Assembly (NCBI GenBank): GCA_964472085.1
Contig: CAYYIW010000014.1
Coordinates: 21,734-85,733 of the forward strand
Origin: an uncultured Rikenellaceae bacterium
GTDB taxonomy: Bacteria > Bacteroidota > Bacteroidia > Bacteroidales > VadinHA17
DNA: 64,000 nt
Reading direction: 5' to 3'
Shown: one piece after another, positions 9,435-19,911 of the stretch
How the letters are laid out: every line of letters starts with the position of its first letter
Numbering within the stretch: position 1 is the first letter of the stretch
The notes under the pieces: generated by a model
Seen by the model: the letters and a program-made list of their open reading frames with translations, nothing else
Database searches by the model: none
Told to the model about the DNA's origin: nothing
Made by a program: the position numbers and the translations under genes

Positions 9435-12400
9435 TTTTTAAAGAATTGTTATTGTCAGTCCCGGAATTATTATGTTTCCTCAGAAGCCAGAGATATGCAT
9501 CTTCAAGGTTGGGACTTGCCTGTACTGCTCCTTCCCACGGGGAAAACTCCGACACTACTCTTACCCTTACGTTATTACCTTCCGACATATGGTGCACTAC
9601 AAGATGACTTTCCACGAATTCGTTAAATGAATCAGCTGGTATATTGAACTGCCATACATGTCCCTCTGCTTCATGAGTCATATCGATGGGTTTCCCGAGA
9701 TATCTCAGCTTTCCTTTATTCATTACAGCAACCTGGTTGCATGAGCTGGATATATCCTCAATTATATGAGTTGAAAATATCACAACTCTTTCACGACTGA
9801 GTTCGACAAGAAGATTCCTGAATCTTATCCTCTCTCTTGGATCCAGTCCTGCAGTAGGCTCATCGACCACGAGTATCCTTGGCAGATGTAACAGTATCTG
9901 GGCAATACCCATCCTTTGTTTCATACCTCCGGAGAAAGAGCTTATCCTTTCATGCCTCCTGTCTTCCATATGCACTGCTTTCAGTACATATGTGACCCTT
10001 TCTTCCCTTACCTCCCGATCTGTAATATTCTTAAGCATCGCCTGGTAATGAAGATAATCGTTTGCTGTCATATTCTCATAGCTTCCGAACTCCTGTGGCA
10101 GGTAACCGATCAGTCCCTGAAGCTCTTCCCTCATTTTCTGTGTATCAAGACCATTTATCCATACCTTGCCATAACTCTGCTCCAGGATCCCGCATATTAT
10201 TCTCATAAGGGTTGTCTTCCCGGCCCCGTTTGGTCCTAGCAGTCCGAACATACCATTGCCAATATTAATAGTTACACAGCTAAGGGCTTTAAACGGTTTT
10301 TTCTTTCTTCCGATAAGAGGAACGGCAGCAACTAACTTGTATATAGCTTTTCTTATTCTCCTGAATCTGCCTTCCAGCCGGTAAATATCGGTATTTTCCC
10401 TTGTAAGCTTCTGCCCGGTTTTATAGATAAACAGACCTGCAAACCACAGGAAGCCAAGCATTAGTACAACAACAATGTTATTCCATCTGAGCTGATACCA
10501 GGCAAGGTTAAGAAAAGGTATTATCCAGAAGATGACAAAATCTGTTAGTCCGGTAATCCTTCGCAACCATTTACTCTCCTTGTCTCTGTTCAGATTCGCG
10601 ATCAGGTCCCTGAAAACAGTCCACATACCTGAAAGTGCAAACCATGTAAGAATGCTGAAGAAAAAGATCCAGAATCCCTTGTTCAGGTAAAAATATGTGA
10701 AGTATATCATATACCCCAGTAAAGGTACCTGCCACATGAACTGGTCAAGGTCTTTCCATGATGTAAGATCTTTCCGGAGTCCAAGCCTCTTCCTTATTCT
10801 CGCTCCTGCTTCCCATTCTCTCTTCCACCGGTTTTCCCTTTCATAGATCTTAACAAGACTCTGTATATAAATATTTATAGGTTCATCTTTACCTATAACA
10901 GTCTCCCTGGCTTTTCTCAGGCTGTTTATAACGAACCATGTTGATGCAGGAATAATTATAACAGACAGAATCGTTGTTATGAGCTTCCACAGGAACTTAT
11001 CTATGTAGGTATATATAAGGAAGATCATAAAACCGAACAGGATGAACTGTATCAGTTTTGTCTTCCAGTTCAGGGCATAAAACCATTTAAGAGCTGTTTC
11101 AAGACCTGTATAGAAGGTGGGTATGAATACCAGGGTAAGCAGTGTGCTGAGTGCCAGTCCGCCGATCACCGTAATTGCAAATGAAGCACCAATGGCTGAA
11201 ACGTATTCAGTTGTTCCCATAGCCAGGGGAACCATGGCTATTATGGTAGTGGTAGCTGTTATCAATATCGGCCTGATCCTTGAAACACCTGCTGTCATCA
11301 GTGCCCGGTGCATACGGTATCCTCTCCTTCGCAGGATGTTTGTGTAATCGATCAATATTATACCATTATTGACAACCACACCAAGCAGGATAAGAAAACC
11401 CGTAAGAGTATTGGCGTTAAGCAATGAGTTACCGGTAAGTATCAGGGCTATCAGGGAACCAAGGGCCGCAAGTGGTATGCTGAACATAAGGACTATCGGT
11501 GTGGCCATCGATTCAAAGACTGCAGCCAGGATCATATATATTAGCAGAAAAGCGACGCCGATAAGGTAATAAAAATCCTTGAGTGTATCTTCTTCATGTA
11601 CCACCTCAACGGCGATACCAGGAGGGATATTAAGGCCGGCTACTATCGATTCAACGTCCATCCTGGCTCCTGCAAGCAGATCCTTTGAATTGTTAATGTC
11701 GTCGTTAAAGCTGTAAGTTACGGTTACCCTTTTCTCCTGGTTTTCCCGGTGAATATTTCCCATTCCTGATGAAAAAACGATTTTGGAGAGTTCCTGCATC
11801 TCCATCACTGATCCGTTACTTCCTGTTACCTCCAGGTGTTTCAGATCGTCGATCGTCTTATCCTGGTTCCCATTGGTGTTGATGGTATCACCGGCATATT
11901 TGATCATTATATCGTATGTCTCATTTCCCTGTTTATAAGTCGCTCCTGATGAGTATTCACGGCCAAAAGTGGAAAGAGCTGAAGCGAGGTTACCAAGGGT
12001 CATATTATTCCTGCCTATGTAATCCATATCGAATTGTAGCTGGACCTCCGGATTATTATCCTGGACATTAACACTGGAACTGCTAATTGATGACATGTTA
12101 TCGAGATATGATTTAATGTCGTCTGCCAGGTTCTTCATCTGGGAAAAGTTCTGTCCCTTGATTATTATGCTCTCCCTTTGTGAGCCGATACCCAGGAGAT
12201 TCAGAAAATCTGATCCCGGATTATAAGTATCATTGCTACCACCACCTCCACCTGTGAATCCGCCGCTTGAGGTCAGTTCATCCATGCTTATTTCAGCTGA
12301 TGATATGTTCTTGACCTTCTCGGATATATCATTTTTGATCTCCGGGAGCGTCCTTTTGCTCTTTTTATCCCAGTCTTTTGCCAGGTTAACTGTTACGGTG

Positions 12401-14202
12401 GCCTTGTCTTCTTCAATCTTACTTATAATATCTTCCTTCTCCGGTATTGATTTGAGTCGTGATTCTATTTCAGAAACAACGGCATCAGTCTTTTCAAGTG
12501 TTGAGCCTCCTGGCATTGTAACAGAAAGCCTGAAATTAGGGGTCTGGACCTCCTGTGTTGAGTTGATGCTCAGGGTTAGACTGATAAGCAAAGCCGCAAA
12601 GAAAACCACCAGCGTCCCAATGATAGTACCTGCAGGGTTTCTCATACTTGATTTAAGTATAAGATGATAAGCCTGGATAAGCCTGTCGTGAATAGAGAGT
12701 TTCTTAAAAATTCCGGAGTTGCTGTATGACGACCTGCTGAGCAGATAATAGGTAGCCATTGGAATCAACAGCAACGCTACCGAGAGAGAGATGAGTAAGG
12801 TGGAAATGATTGACACACCAATGTTTTTCCCAATGATCCTTACCATAAAATTGGAGGAGAAAATAAAAGGAAGGAATACTATTATTGTGGTCAGGGTAGC
12901 TGCGAAAATGGATCTCCACACTTCACTTGTTCCCTGTTTTACTGCAATATCGGGTTTATTACCCTGACCCGCCAGCCGGTATATATTTTCCAGCACCACC
13001 ACAGAATTATCGACAAGCATTCCGACTGCCAATGCCATCCCAACAAGGGTAAGGCTGTTTATAGAAACATTGAAGGCATAGAACAGGTTGAATGCGGTAT
13101 AGACGGATACCGGGATAGATATAGCGATTATCGTTACAAGGCGGATATTCCGGAGAAAGAACCAGAGTATAAGTATAGCCAGTATACCACCTGTTATTGC
13201 CAGTTGTATGATCTGGTTAATATTATTTTCCATTATCGCCGCATTGTTGTTTTGAACAACTATGCTAATACCTGACGAAGCAAGTTTTTTATTCAGTGCT
13301 GCAACTTCCGCCAGGGCTTTATGCGACAGGTCAATCAGGTTTGCCTGGTTGTCATTTACCAGGCTGATAGTCACAGCATCAAGCCCGTTAACCCTGCTGT
13401 ATGACGTTTGCTGTTTTACACCAAAAAAGATCTGGGCAATATCCATTAATAGTACAGGTCCCTTTTGTTTTACGACGATATTACCGATATCCCTTACATC
13501 GGTATAATCGGATACAACATTAACGAAGTATTTATTGCTACCATCAACAACCCTTCCAACGAATGCTTTACTTGCACCGTTGTTATTCAGCAGGGCCCTT
13601 ATCTGGCCCATAGATATACCGTTTGCCCTGCAGGCTCTTTCGTTAAGTCTTACCTCAATAGAGTTCTCCTGGCCACCATAGACCTGTACTCCTGCTATAC
13701 CGTCAATGTTCTCAAGATCAGGTGTTATTTCCCTGTCGGCGAAGTTTCTTATCCTGTCTACGCCTCCTTCGCCTCGTACCTGTAGCTCCATAAACTGGTT
13801 GGTGAGCTGCTGCAGGTCTATCTTGATCACGTTCACAACGAATTCTGAAGGGAGAGTGCCCTTCACGGCATCTATTTTTTCCTGTAGCTTAAGGTTGGCA
13901 TATTTGAGATCAGCGTTCTGATTATAGTATATCATTATTATCCCGTACTGGGAGGTAATATTTGATTCGATCTTCTCTATCCCTTCCAGTGTACCTATTG
14001 CTCCTTCCAGTGGTATGACAGCCTGGTTTTCTATATACGCGGGATCCACTTCCAGCGGAGTTGCAACCTGTACAATGAGTGTTGGCAGCTCGGCATTAGG
14101 GAAAAGTTCGACTGACAACTTCTTATACGACACATAACCGAGCATGGTGAGCCCCAGGAAGAGCATGCTTATAAAGATCCTTCTTTTTAAAATGAAATTC
14201 AT
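9412..14202 (-). CDS. Fusion protein: RND (AcrB-like) efflux permease + 2 extra TM + ABC-transporter ATPase with internal membrane insertion
   Basis: 1596-aa uninterrupted ORF. Residues 1-~1040 parallel the neighbouring 1041-aa RND (for example GMLVDNSVVVLENI in TM4). The C-terminal part has Walker A GPNGAGKT (10210..10236), signature FSGGMKQR and Walker B ILVVDEPTAGLD. That part is paralogous to the ATPase at 23523..24416. Confidence 0.85.
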   Translation of the reverse strand: MNFILKRRIFISMLFLGLTMLGYVSYKKLSVELFPNAELPTLIVQVATPLEVDPAYIENQAVIPLEGAIGTLEGIEKIESNITSQYGIIMIYYNQNADLKYANLKLQEKIDAVKGTLPSEFVVNVIKIDLQQLTNQFMELQVRGEGGVDRIRNFADREITPDLENIDGIAGVQVYGGQENSIEVRLNERACRANGISMGQIRALLNNNGASKAFVGRVVDGSNKYFVNVVSDYTDVRDIGNIVVKQKGPVLLMDIAQIFFGVKQQTSYSRVNGLDAVTISLVNDNQANLIDLSHKALAEVAALNKKLASSGISIVVQNNNAAIMENNINQIIQLAITGGILAILILWFFLRNIRLVTIIAISIPVSVYTAFNLFYAFNVSINSLTLVGMALAVGMLVDNSVVVLENIYRLAGQGNKPDIAVKQGTSEVWRSIFAATLTTIIVFLPFIFSSNFMVRIIGKNIGVSIISTLLISLSVALLLIPMATYYLLSRSSYSNSGIFKKLSIHDRLIQAYHLILKSSMRNPAGTIIGTLVVFFAALLISLTLSINSTQEVQTPNFRLSVTMPGGSTLEKTDAVVSEIESRLKSIPEKEDIISKIEEDKATVTVNLAKDWDKKSKRTLPEIKNDISEKVKNISSAEISMDELTSSGGFTGGGGGSNDTYNPGSDFLNLLGIGSQRESIIIKGQNFSQMKNLADDIKSYLDNMSSISSSSVNVQDNNPEVQLQFDMDYIGRNNMTLGNLASALSTFGREYSSGATYKQGNETYDIMIKYAGDTINTNGNQDKTIDDLKHLEVTGSNGSVMEMQELSKIVFSSGMGNIHRENQEKRVTVTYSFNDDINNSKDLLAGARMDVESIVAGLNIPPGIAVEVVHEEDTLKDFYYLIGVAFLLIYMILAAVFESMATPIVLMFSIPLAALGSLIALILTGNSLLNANTLTGFLILLGVVVNNGIILIDYTNILRRRGYRMHRALMTAGVSRIRPILITATTTIIAMVPLAMGTTEYVSAIGASFAITVIGGLALSTLLTLVFIPTFYTGLETALKWFYALNWKTKLIQFILFGFMIFLIYTYIDKFLWKLITTILSVIIIPASTWFVINSLRKARETVIGKDEPINIYIQSLVKIYERENRWKREWEAGARIRKRLGLRKDLTSWKDLDQFMWQVPLLGYMIYFTYFYLNKGFWIFFFSILTWFALSGMWTVFRDLIANLNRDKESKWLRRITGLTDFVIFWIIPFLNLAWYQLRWNNIVVVLMLGFLWFAGLFIYKTGQKLTRENTDIYRLEGRFRRIRKAIYKLVAAVPLIGRKKKPFKALSCVTINIGNGMFGLLGPNGAGKTTLMRIICGILEQSYGKVWINGLDTQKMREELQGLIGYLPQEFGSYENMTANDYLHYQAMLKNITDREVREERVTYVLKAVHMEDRRHERISSFSGGMKQRMGIAQILLHLPRILVVDEPTAGLDPRERIRFRNLLVELSRERVVIFSTHIIEDISSSCNQVAVMNKGKLRYLGKPIDMTHEAEGHVWQFNIPADSFNEFVESHLVVHHMSEGNNVRVRVVSEFSPWEGAVQASPNLEDAYLWLLRKHNNSGTDNNNSLKNEDKRTT

Positions 14203-14230
14203 ATTCTGTCTTGTAAGAAGTACGTCTTAA

Positions 14231-17200
14231 CTATGTTGTTTTACCGGTTCGTGTCAGCCACTTGCTGAAGCTGTCAAAGACCCAGTATACACAGGGTATT
14301 ACTACCAGTGTAAGCAGTGTGGATGATATCATACCACCAATGACGGCCAGGGCCATAGGTGACCTCAGCGAAGCACTCTCCCCGAATCCAATTGTAAGCG
14401 GGAGCAGAGCCAGGATGGTTGTCAGGCTGGTCATCAAAATGGGCCTGATCCTCTGGCTGCCTGCCATAACAATGGCCTCCTTCCTGTTCATACCCGATTC
14501 TCTTAACTGGTTAATACGGTCTATAAGAATGATGGCATTATTGACCGCTATACCTCCCAGCATTATTATTCCTATATATGCCATCATATTAAGAGACTTG
14601 TGGAGGATGAAGAAAGTCAGCACTGTACCTACTCCTGCAAGAGGAATGGTAAGCATGATAATGAACGGCTGGATAAGCGATTCAAACTGTGCTGCCAGAA
14701 CCATGAATACCAGTATCAACGAGAGCGTAAGAGCAAAGGTAAGGTTCTTCATAGATTCCTCCCTTTTGAGCTCTTCACCTGTAAATCCCATTTTATAATC
14801 CACAGGCATAACAACCGGTTTAAGCAACTGCCTGGCTTCCTTAATGATCTTGTCAAAGGGAGTTTTATTATCGACCATTGCATATATATAGCATGTCCTT
14901 GCCTGGTTCCTTCGTGTAATTTCCATGGGGGTCAACACAGTTTTTATGTTTGCCAGTTCGCTGAGAGGAACCTTAACACTCCCTGCGGTAATAAGAAGAT
15001 CTCGAAGCTGGTTTATTGAGATGTCCCCAAGCTTAATGGTTATGTCGGTCATCTCACCGTCTCTCTCAAAGCTTCCTGCTGATGCTCCTTCCAGGTAACT
15101 CTTTACCTGGCTTATTATGCTCTCCACGGTTACGTTATAATAGCTGGTCTTAAACCTGTCAATATCAATGTCAACCTCGGGGGTGCCTTCGTCCAGTGAG
15201 GTAGTAATATTTTTCAGATCGGGATCTTTAATAAGGATGTCCTTAGACTGGGCCACCAGCTTTTCCAGCTCGGAATAATCCTTGCCCGAAATCTCCAGGG
15301 TAAATGGCGCCTCATCAGTTCCCAGCGTTGACTGCAGTGCCGTTTCTTCCCTTTTGAAGCTTACTTCCATATCGGGGACCGTTTTCAGGTAATTGCTTAC
15401 CAGGGTGATTGCATTCTCCGTTCCGGAAGCGAAATCTTTGGCCAGTATCACCTTCATCGATGCGGTATTTTCGCCAGTAATTTCTCCGTTCTCATCAGCT
15501 GTGGCAGTATTATCGGCCCCTGCCTGGCAATAGATCAGTCTGACCTTGTTGCCCAGCAACTCCCTGATCACATTCTCCGATTCAATGACAGTGCTCTCTG
15601 TTCGTGCAAGACTTGTTCCTTCGGGGAGCTTAATGTCAATAGTAAATTCAGCCGACTCGGACCTTGGCATGAATTCGCTGCCCAGCATCGGAATCAGAAG
15701 AGCTGTTGCACCCATAAGGACAATTGCCAGGATGATCACCAGCTTTCTTCTATCAATGATCTTTTCAAGCAAGGGAGGATACCATGTGAAATGAACAGCA
15801 TTATCGATCCTTGCCTTACTTTTTTTATCTCCGAATAATGTTGAAACCAGCATCGGGATAACAAGCATTGCAACGAACAGGGAAGAGATTAGTGCAAAGG
15901 CAACAGTCCAGGCCTGGTCCTTGAACATTTCACCGGAAGCCCCGTGCAGGTATACAATAGGAAGAAAAACAACTATGGTGGTTATGGTTGATGCTGTAAT
16001 AGCACCACCAACTTCACCGGTGCCTTTTATGACAGCATCTTTCAGAGTCATCCCTTCCTCACGGTTTCGTGTTATGTTCTCAAGTACTACAATTGCATTG
16101 TCGACAAGCATTCCCGCACCTAGAGCCAGCCCACCAAGTGTCATTATGTTCAGGGTAAGATGATCGAAATACATAAGGTTGAACGTAGCAATTATCGACA
16201 CCGGAATAGCCACACTTATGACGAATGTAGTGCCTATTCGCCTCAGGAAGATATATATAACAAACACTGCCAGTATTATACCTATAATAAGCGTGTTGGT
16301 GACTTCATTTATAGCGCTATGGATATAGCTGCCCTGGTCCTCCACCCTTATAAATTCATAGCCAGGCAGAGCCTTTTCCAGGTCGTTGATTTCAGTCTCC
16401 AGGCTCTTTACGGCATCAACAGTGTTGTACTTGGGCTCTTTATAGATTGATAAGCCAATGCATCTTTCGCCATTTACGGTTACAATATTGACCGGATCCT
16501 TATTCTCATATTTTATGGTAGCCACATCCTTGAGGTATACGGGAACTCTGCCGGATATCTGAGCTGTCTGAGTGGCGGTTTGTGATGAGGAGGAAGAAGC
16601 TGAGGATGGCTCCTTAAAACCTACTATAATGTTGCGCAGATCGTTAATGTCTTTCAGAACGCTGACACCCTTGACCACATATTTCAGGCCCATATCCACG
16701 ATGGAACCACCGGACACATTACGATTATAATTACTTATCTGGGCAGCGATGGCATCAGTTGTAAGACCGTAAGATTCGAGAATGTATTTGTTGGTCTCTA
16801 TCACTACTTCGCTCTCTTCAACTCCTGATAACCTGACATCGGCAATACCTTCTATTCTTACCAGTTCATTCCTGATATAGTTTTCAGCTACCTTCCTGAC
16901 CTCATCAAGGTTGGAAATGTTCCTGTTCCTCAATCCAATGATCATCACAGGTGATGCATTGGGGTCATACTGGGATAGTGTCAGATCATCAAGGTCAGAA
17001 TTCTGACGGAATGAGTTCAGCTCTTTCTGAAGATCAAGGAAAGCTTCATCCATATCCTTATTCCAGTCATATTCAACTGTTATGGTAGCAGCACCTACCT
17101 GTGAGACGGATGATACCTGGACAACGCCATTCTGGCGCATGGAAAGTGATTCAATCTGTTCGACGTAATTCTTTTCTATCTCTTCAGGAGGTCTTTCTCC

Positions 17201-17356
17201 TGCCTTTAGTTCAATATAGATCTTGGGATTATTAAGATCGGGGAACAGATCGGTACCTAGTTTCCCGAATGAGATAAATCCCAGGAGGATAATCCCAAGT
17301 ACGAACATTAAGACTGTAACCGGGTATTTTACGGCAAAACGGGCAATACTGTTCAT
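14231..17356 (-). CDS. RND efflux transporter permease (AcrB/HAE-type)
   Basis: 1041 aa with 12-TM/two-large-loop organisation and the TM4 motif GAGMLVDNAIVVLENI. Confidence 0.93.
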   Translation of the reverse strand: MNSIARFAVKYPVTVLMFVLGIILLGFISFGKLGTDLFPDLNNPKIYIELKAGERPPEEIEKNYVEQIESLSMRQNGVVQVSSVSQVGAATITVEYDWNKDMDEAFLDLQKELNSFRQNSDLDDLTLSQYDPNASPVMIIGLRNRNISNLDEVRKVAENYIRNELVRIEGIADVRLSGVEESEVVIETNKYILESYGLTTDAIAAQISNYNRNVSGGSIVDMGLKYVVKGVSVLKDINDLRNIIVGFKEPSSASSSSSQTATQTAQISGRVPVYLKDVATIKYENKDPVNIVTVNGERCIGLSIYKEPKYNTVDAVKSLETEINDLEKALPGYEFIRVEDQGSYIHSAINEVTNTLIIGIILAVFVIYIFLRRIGTTFVISVAIPVSIIATFNLMYFDHLTLNIMTLGGLALGAGMLVDNAIVVLENITRNREEGMTLKDAVIKGTGEVGGAITASTITTIVVFLPIVYLHGASGEMFKDQAWTVAFALISSLFVAMLVIPMLVSTLFGDKKSKARIDNAVHFTWYPPLLEKIIDRRKLVIILAIVLMGATALLIPMLGSEFMPRSESAEFTIDIKLPEGTSLARTESTVIESENVIRELLGNKVRLIYCQAGADNTATADENGEITGENTASMKVILAKDFASGTENAITLVSNYLKTVPDMEVSFKREETALQSTLGTDEAPFTLEISGKDYSELEKLVAQSKDILIKDPDLKNITTSLDEGTPEVDIDIDRFKTSYYNVTVESIISQVKSYLEGASAGSFERDGEMTDITIKLGDISINQLRDLLITAGSVKVPLSELANIKTVLTPMEITRRNQARTCYIYAMVDNKTPFDKIIKEARQLLKPVVMPVDYKMGFTGEELKREESMKNLTFALTLSLILVFMVLAAQFESLIQPFIIMLTIPLAGVGTVLTFFILHKSLNMMAYIGIIMLGGIAVNNAIILIDRINQLRESGMNRKEAIVMAGSQRIRPILMTSLTTILALLPLTIGFGESASLRSPMALAVIGGMISSTLLTLVVIPCVYWVFDSFSKWLTRTGKTT

Positions 17357-17361
17357 ATCAG

Positions 17362-18414
17362 CTATTTAATTATTTTTACCTTCGACCTGTTACTGAGGGT
17401 CTCAAAGCCACTTGTTACCAGGCGGTCATTCTTCGTAAGACCCCTGGTAACTTCAACCTCGGTAAGGTTCTCGAGTCCTGTCTCAATAATTCTTTCCATA
17501 GCTACCCCGCGATCTACCACAAACACTGTTTTTCCCCTCTGTCTTGAAAGGATGACATTCTTTGGAATCACAATGACTGAATCTTTATGGTTGGTAACAA
17601 TATCTGCCTTTACAAACATGCCCGGACGAAGAAGATAGTCTGAATTGTTAATGGAAATATATCCTTTAAATGTCCTGGTGTCCGGATCAATGGCAGGGGA
17701 GAGCTGAGTTACCTTTCCCGGTATTGTGTCATCGGGGATGGTGTAATTGGTGAGATTTACCGGCTGTCCGGGCTTAACCACAGATATATATTTCTCGGGT
17801 AGATTCACTTCCATATACATGGTTTTGTAATCCATTATCTTCACTATTGATGATCCTGTTGGTATCTGGGTGCCCTGGGTGTAATAGGGAAGATCCACAA
17901 TGACTCCGTCGATAGGGCTTATGATACGCGTCTTGTCCATTTGAAGCTTTGCTGTCTCAAGGTTGGTTTTGGCATTGGCATAATTTATCTCGGCTGTTTT
18001 AAGGTCATTTTGTGTGACCCCTCCTTTTTCGTACAGCGATTGTTGCTTTTTAAGCTCACTTTCCGTGAGGTCAAGATTGAGCTGGGTGGTCTCCATCTTG
18101 ATCGAATTGATATATTCCCTGTCTTCCAGCCTGGCTATAAGGTCACTTTTCTTTACCCTGTCATTGAGTTGCCAGAGCTTACCTGTTGCCGGATTCTTTT
18201 CCAGGAAGTATTTGGCGGTGATCTCCGACTTAAGTTCAATATCACCTTTGGGATATACTGTCCCGGAAGTATTAACATATTCTTCTATGGATTTAAGCGA
18301 TACATCCTGAACCGATACCGGTATTTCAACATCAGCATTAAGGTCAGGTGTGCTGTTCCTGCAGCCTATAACTGCGAGGGCCATTGCCAGGAATATTAAT
18401 ATATTTCTTCTCAT
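17362..18414 (-). CDS. RND efflux periplasmic adaptor (membrane fusion protein)
   Basis: 350 aa with a lipoprotein signal (LAMALAVIGC). It shows a coiled-coil hairpin and beta-barrel pattern typical of AcrA/HlyD_D23 adaptors. It lies 5 nt upstream of the RND gene. Confidence 0.9.
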   Translation of the reverse strand: MRRNILIFLAMALAVIGCRNSTPDLNADVEIPVSVQDVSLKSIEEYVNTSGTVYPKGDIELKSEITAKYFLEKNPATGKLWQLNDRVKKSDLIARLEDREYINSIKMETTQLNLDLTESELKKQQSLYEKGGVTQNDLKTAEINYANAKTNLETAKLQMDKTRIISPIDGVIVDLPYYTQGTQIPTGSSIVKIMDYKTMYMEVNLPEKYISVVKPGQPVNLTNYTIPDDTIPGKVTQLSPAIDPDTRTFKGYISINNSDYLLRPGMFVKADIVTNHKDSVIVIPKNVILSRQRGKTVFVVDRGVAMERIIETGLENLTEVEVTRGLTKNDRLVTSGFETLSNRSKVKIIK

Positions 18415-18426
18415 AGGTCTGTTATT

Positions 18427-19911
18427 TTACTGGTTTAATGTCTTTACCGGTATTACGGGTTGTTTTTTTTCAAAATCGTAAAGTGTCTGTATTTTAAGAT
18501 TGAGTAATTCAAGCTTATATGATATCAGCGAATTGGTATATGTAAGTTTATTTTGGGAAAGTTGGTTCTGGTATATATTCAGATCCATGCCTGTAAGGTC
18601 GCCGTTCTTATATTTTTCAAGATTAAGATCGTAGGTCATCTGGGCGTTCTTTACCGACTGCTGGGCAATCTCGATCTGGTTTTTCAGGTTATTAAGATTC
18701 CTGTAGCTTTGTCTTATACTAAGTATTATATCATTCTGTTCCGATTCGAGATCTATCTTGCTTGATTCGATAGCTGCCTCGCTTGCCTTGATCCTCGACT
18801 TCTTCTCTCCCCAGTCCCAGAGAGGTATTGTAAGTGATAAGGATACATTCTGGTTATCGGTTGGTTTGGAGTATATATCTCCCAGCTTTGGGTTATCACC
18901 CGATAATCCAACAGATAATCCAAGTGAACCCTTGAATTCATTTAATGCTTTTGTCTGTATAAGGTCGAACTGGGCTGTCTCGATTGATATCTGGCTCTGA
19001 CGCAGTTCCATCCTGTTCTGGAGTCCATGGTCGATGGCAAAGGCGATATCGACATTTACCGTGTCAACGGCAATGTTGGGTATTACTACAATATCATCAT
19101 AAAGGTTCATCCCAACCAGTATCTTAAAGTTATCCTTGGCATTTTCAAAGGCAACCTGCTTGTTTTCATAATCCGACCTGGTGGTTGCGAGGTTTACCTC
19201 TGCCTGGAATATTTCTGCCTGGGCTGAAATGCCTGCATCGACCTTGTTCTTTGAGATCGCATAGCTCTGCTGCATGTTCTCAAATGCCTGCAGGGCAATT
19301 TCCATACTCTGCTGAGCCTGGTAAACCGAATAAAAAGCCTGTGTTACATTTTTCTCCATCGACAGCAGCTGGATAGCATAATTAATCTGTGCGTTTTCCA
19401 GGGCAAGCTGAAGCTCTTTCAGCTGAAGCTTGGTCCTGTTGTAGGTAAAAAGCGGCTGGTCCAATGAAAGAGTGAGATTATTACTGAACCCTTTTGTGGT
19501 CATATTTGCATATTCACTGTAAGAATCAGTATAACCAAAACTATTTATCAGAGAGATCCTGGCATCGGTCAGTTTAATGGGCTGTGATATTGTGAACTGC
19601 CCGAAACTGGTAGTTGTGGTTGTAGTATTCCACTGAGAGATGAGATCATTGAAATTCCTGTTCTGACTATATTCGATCGGGTTAATGGTCAGGGAAAAAT
19701 TTGATTTAAGGGAAGCATTTTGGGCATTCAGATTTTCCTGGCTCCTGATGAGATTCAATCTTGTCTTTTTGAGAGTCGGGCTGTTTGTTTCTGCAATTTT
19801 CAATGCCTGTTCAAGCGTCAGGCCTGTCTGGGCTTTTGCATCGCTGAGACCCGATAGAGCCAGGCATAGCATAAGCATAAATGTCACGGGAAATATTACA
19901 TGGTGTTTCAT
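18427..19911 (-). CDS. TolC-family outer membrane efflux protein
   Basis: Two-repeat alpha/beta TolC-like organisation. The track ORF runs to 19971. The internal ATG at 19911 gives a clean signal peptide (MKHHVIFPVTFMLMLCLALSGLSDAKAQ). Confidence 0.87.
   Translation of the reverse strand: MKHHVIFPVTFMLMLCLALSGLSDAKAQTGLTLEQALKIAETNSPTLKKTRLNLIRSQENLNAQNASLKSNFSLTINPIEYSQNRNFNDLISQWNTTTTTTSFGQFTISQPIKLTDARISLINSFGYTDSYSEYANMTTKGFSNNLTLSLDQPLFTYNRTKLQLKELQLALENAQINYAIQLLSMEKNVTQAFYSVYQAQQSMEIALQAFENMQQSYAISKNKVDAGISAQAEIFQAEVNLATTRSDYENKQVAFENAKDNFKILVGMNLYDDIVVIPNIAVDTVNVDIAFAIDHGLQNRMELRQSQISIETAQFDLIQTKALNEFKGSLGLSVGLSGDNPKLGDIYSKPTDNQNVSLSLTIPLWDWGEKKSRIKASEAAIESSKIDLESEQNDIILSIRQSYRNLNNLKNQIEIAQQSVKNAQMTYDLNLEKYKNGDLTGMDLNIYQNQLSQNKLTYTNSLISYKLELLNLKIQTLYDFEKKQPVIPVKTLNQ

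Noticed and set aside
14262-16450. Plus-strand ORFs of 80-180 aa inside the RND gene (14262..14798, 14600..15019, 15921..16163 and others). Similar shadow ORFs occur inside the RND::NBD fusion and the 1145-aa gene.
   Set aside because: They are fully nested antisense to long, well-supported CDSs, and their translations have no recognisable features. They are typical shadow ORFs.
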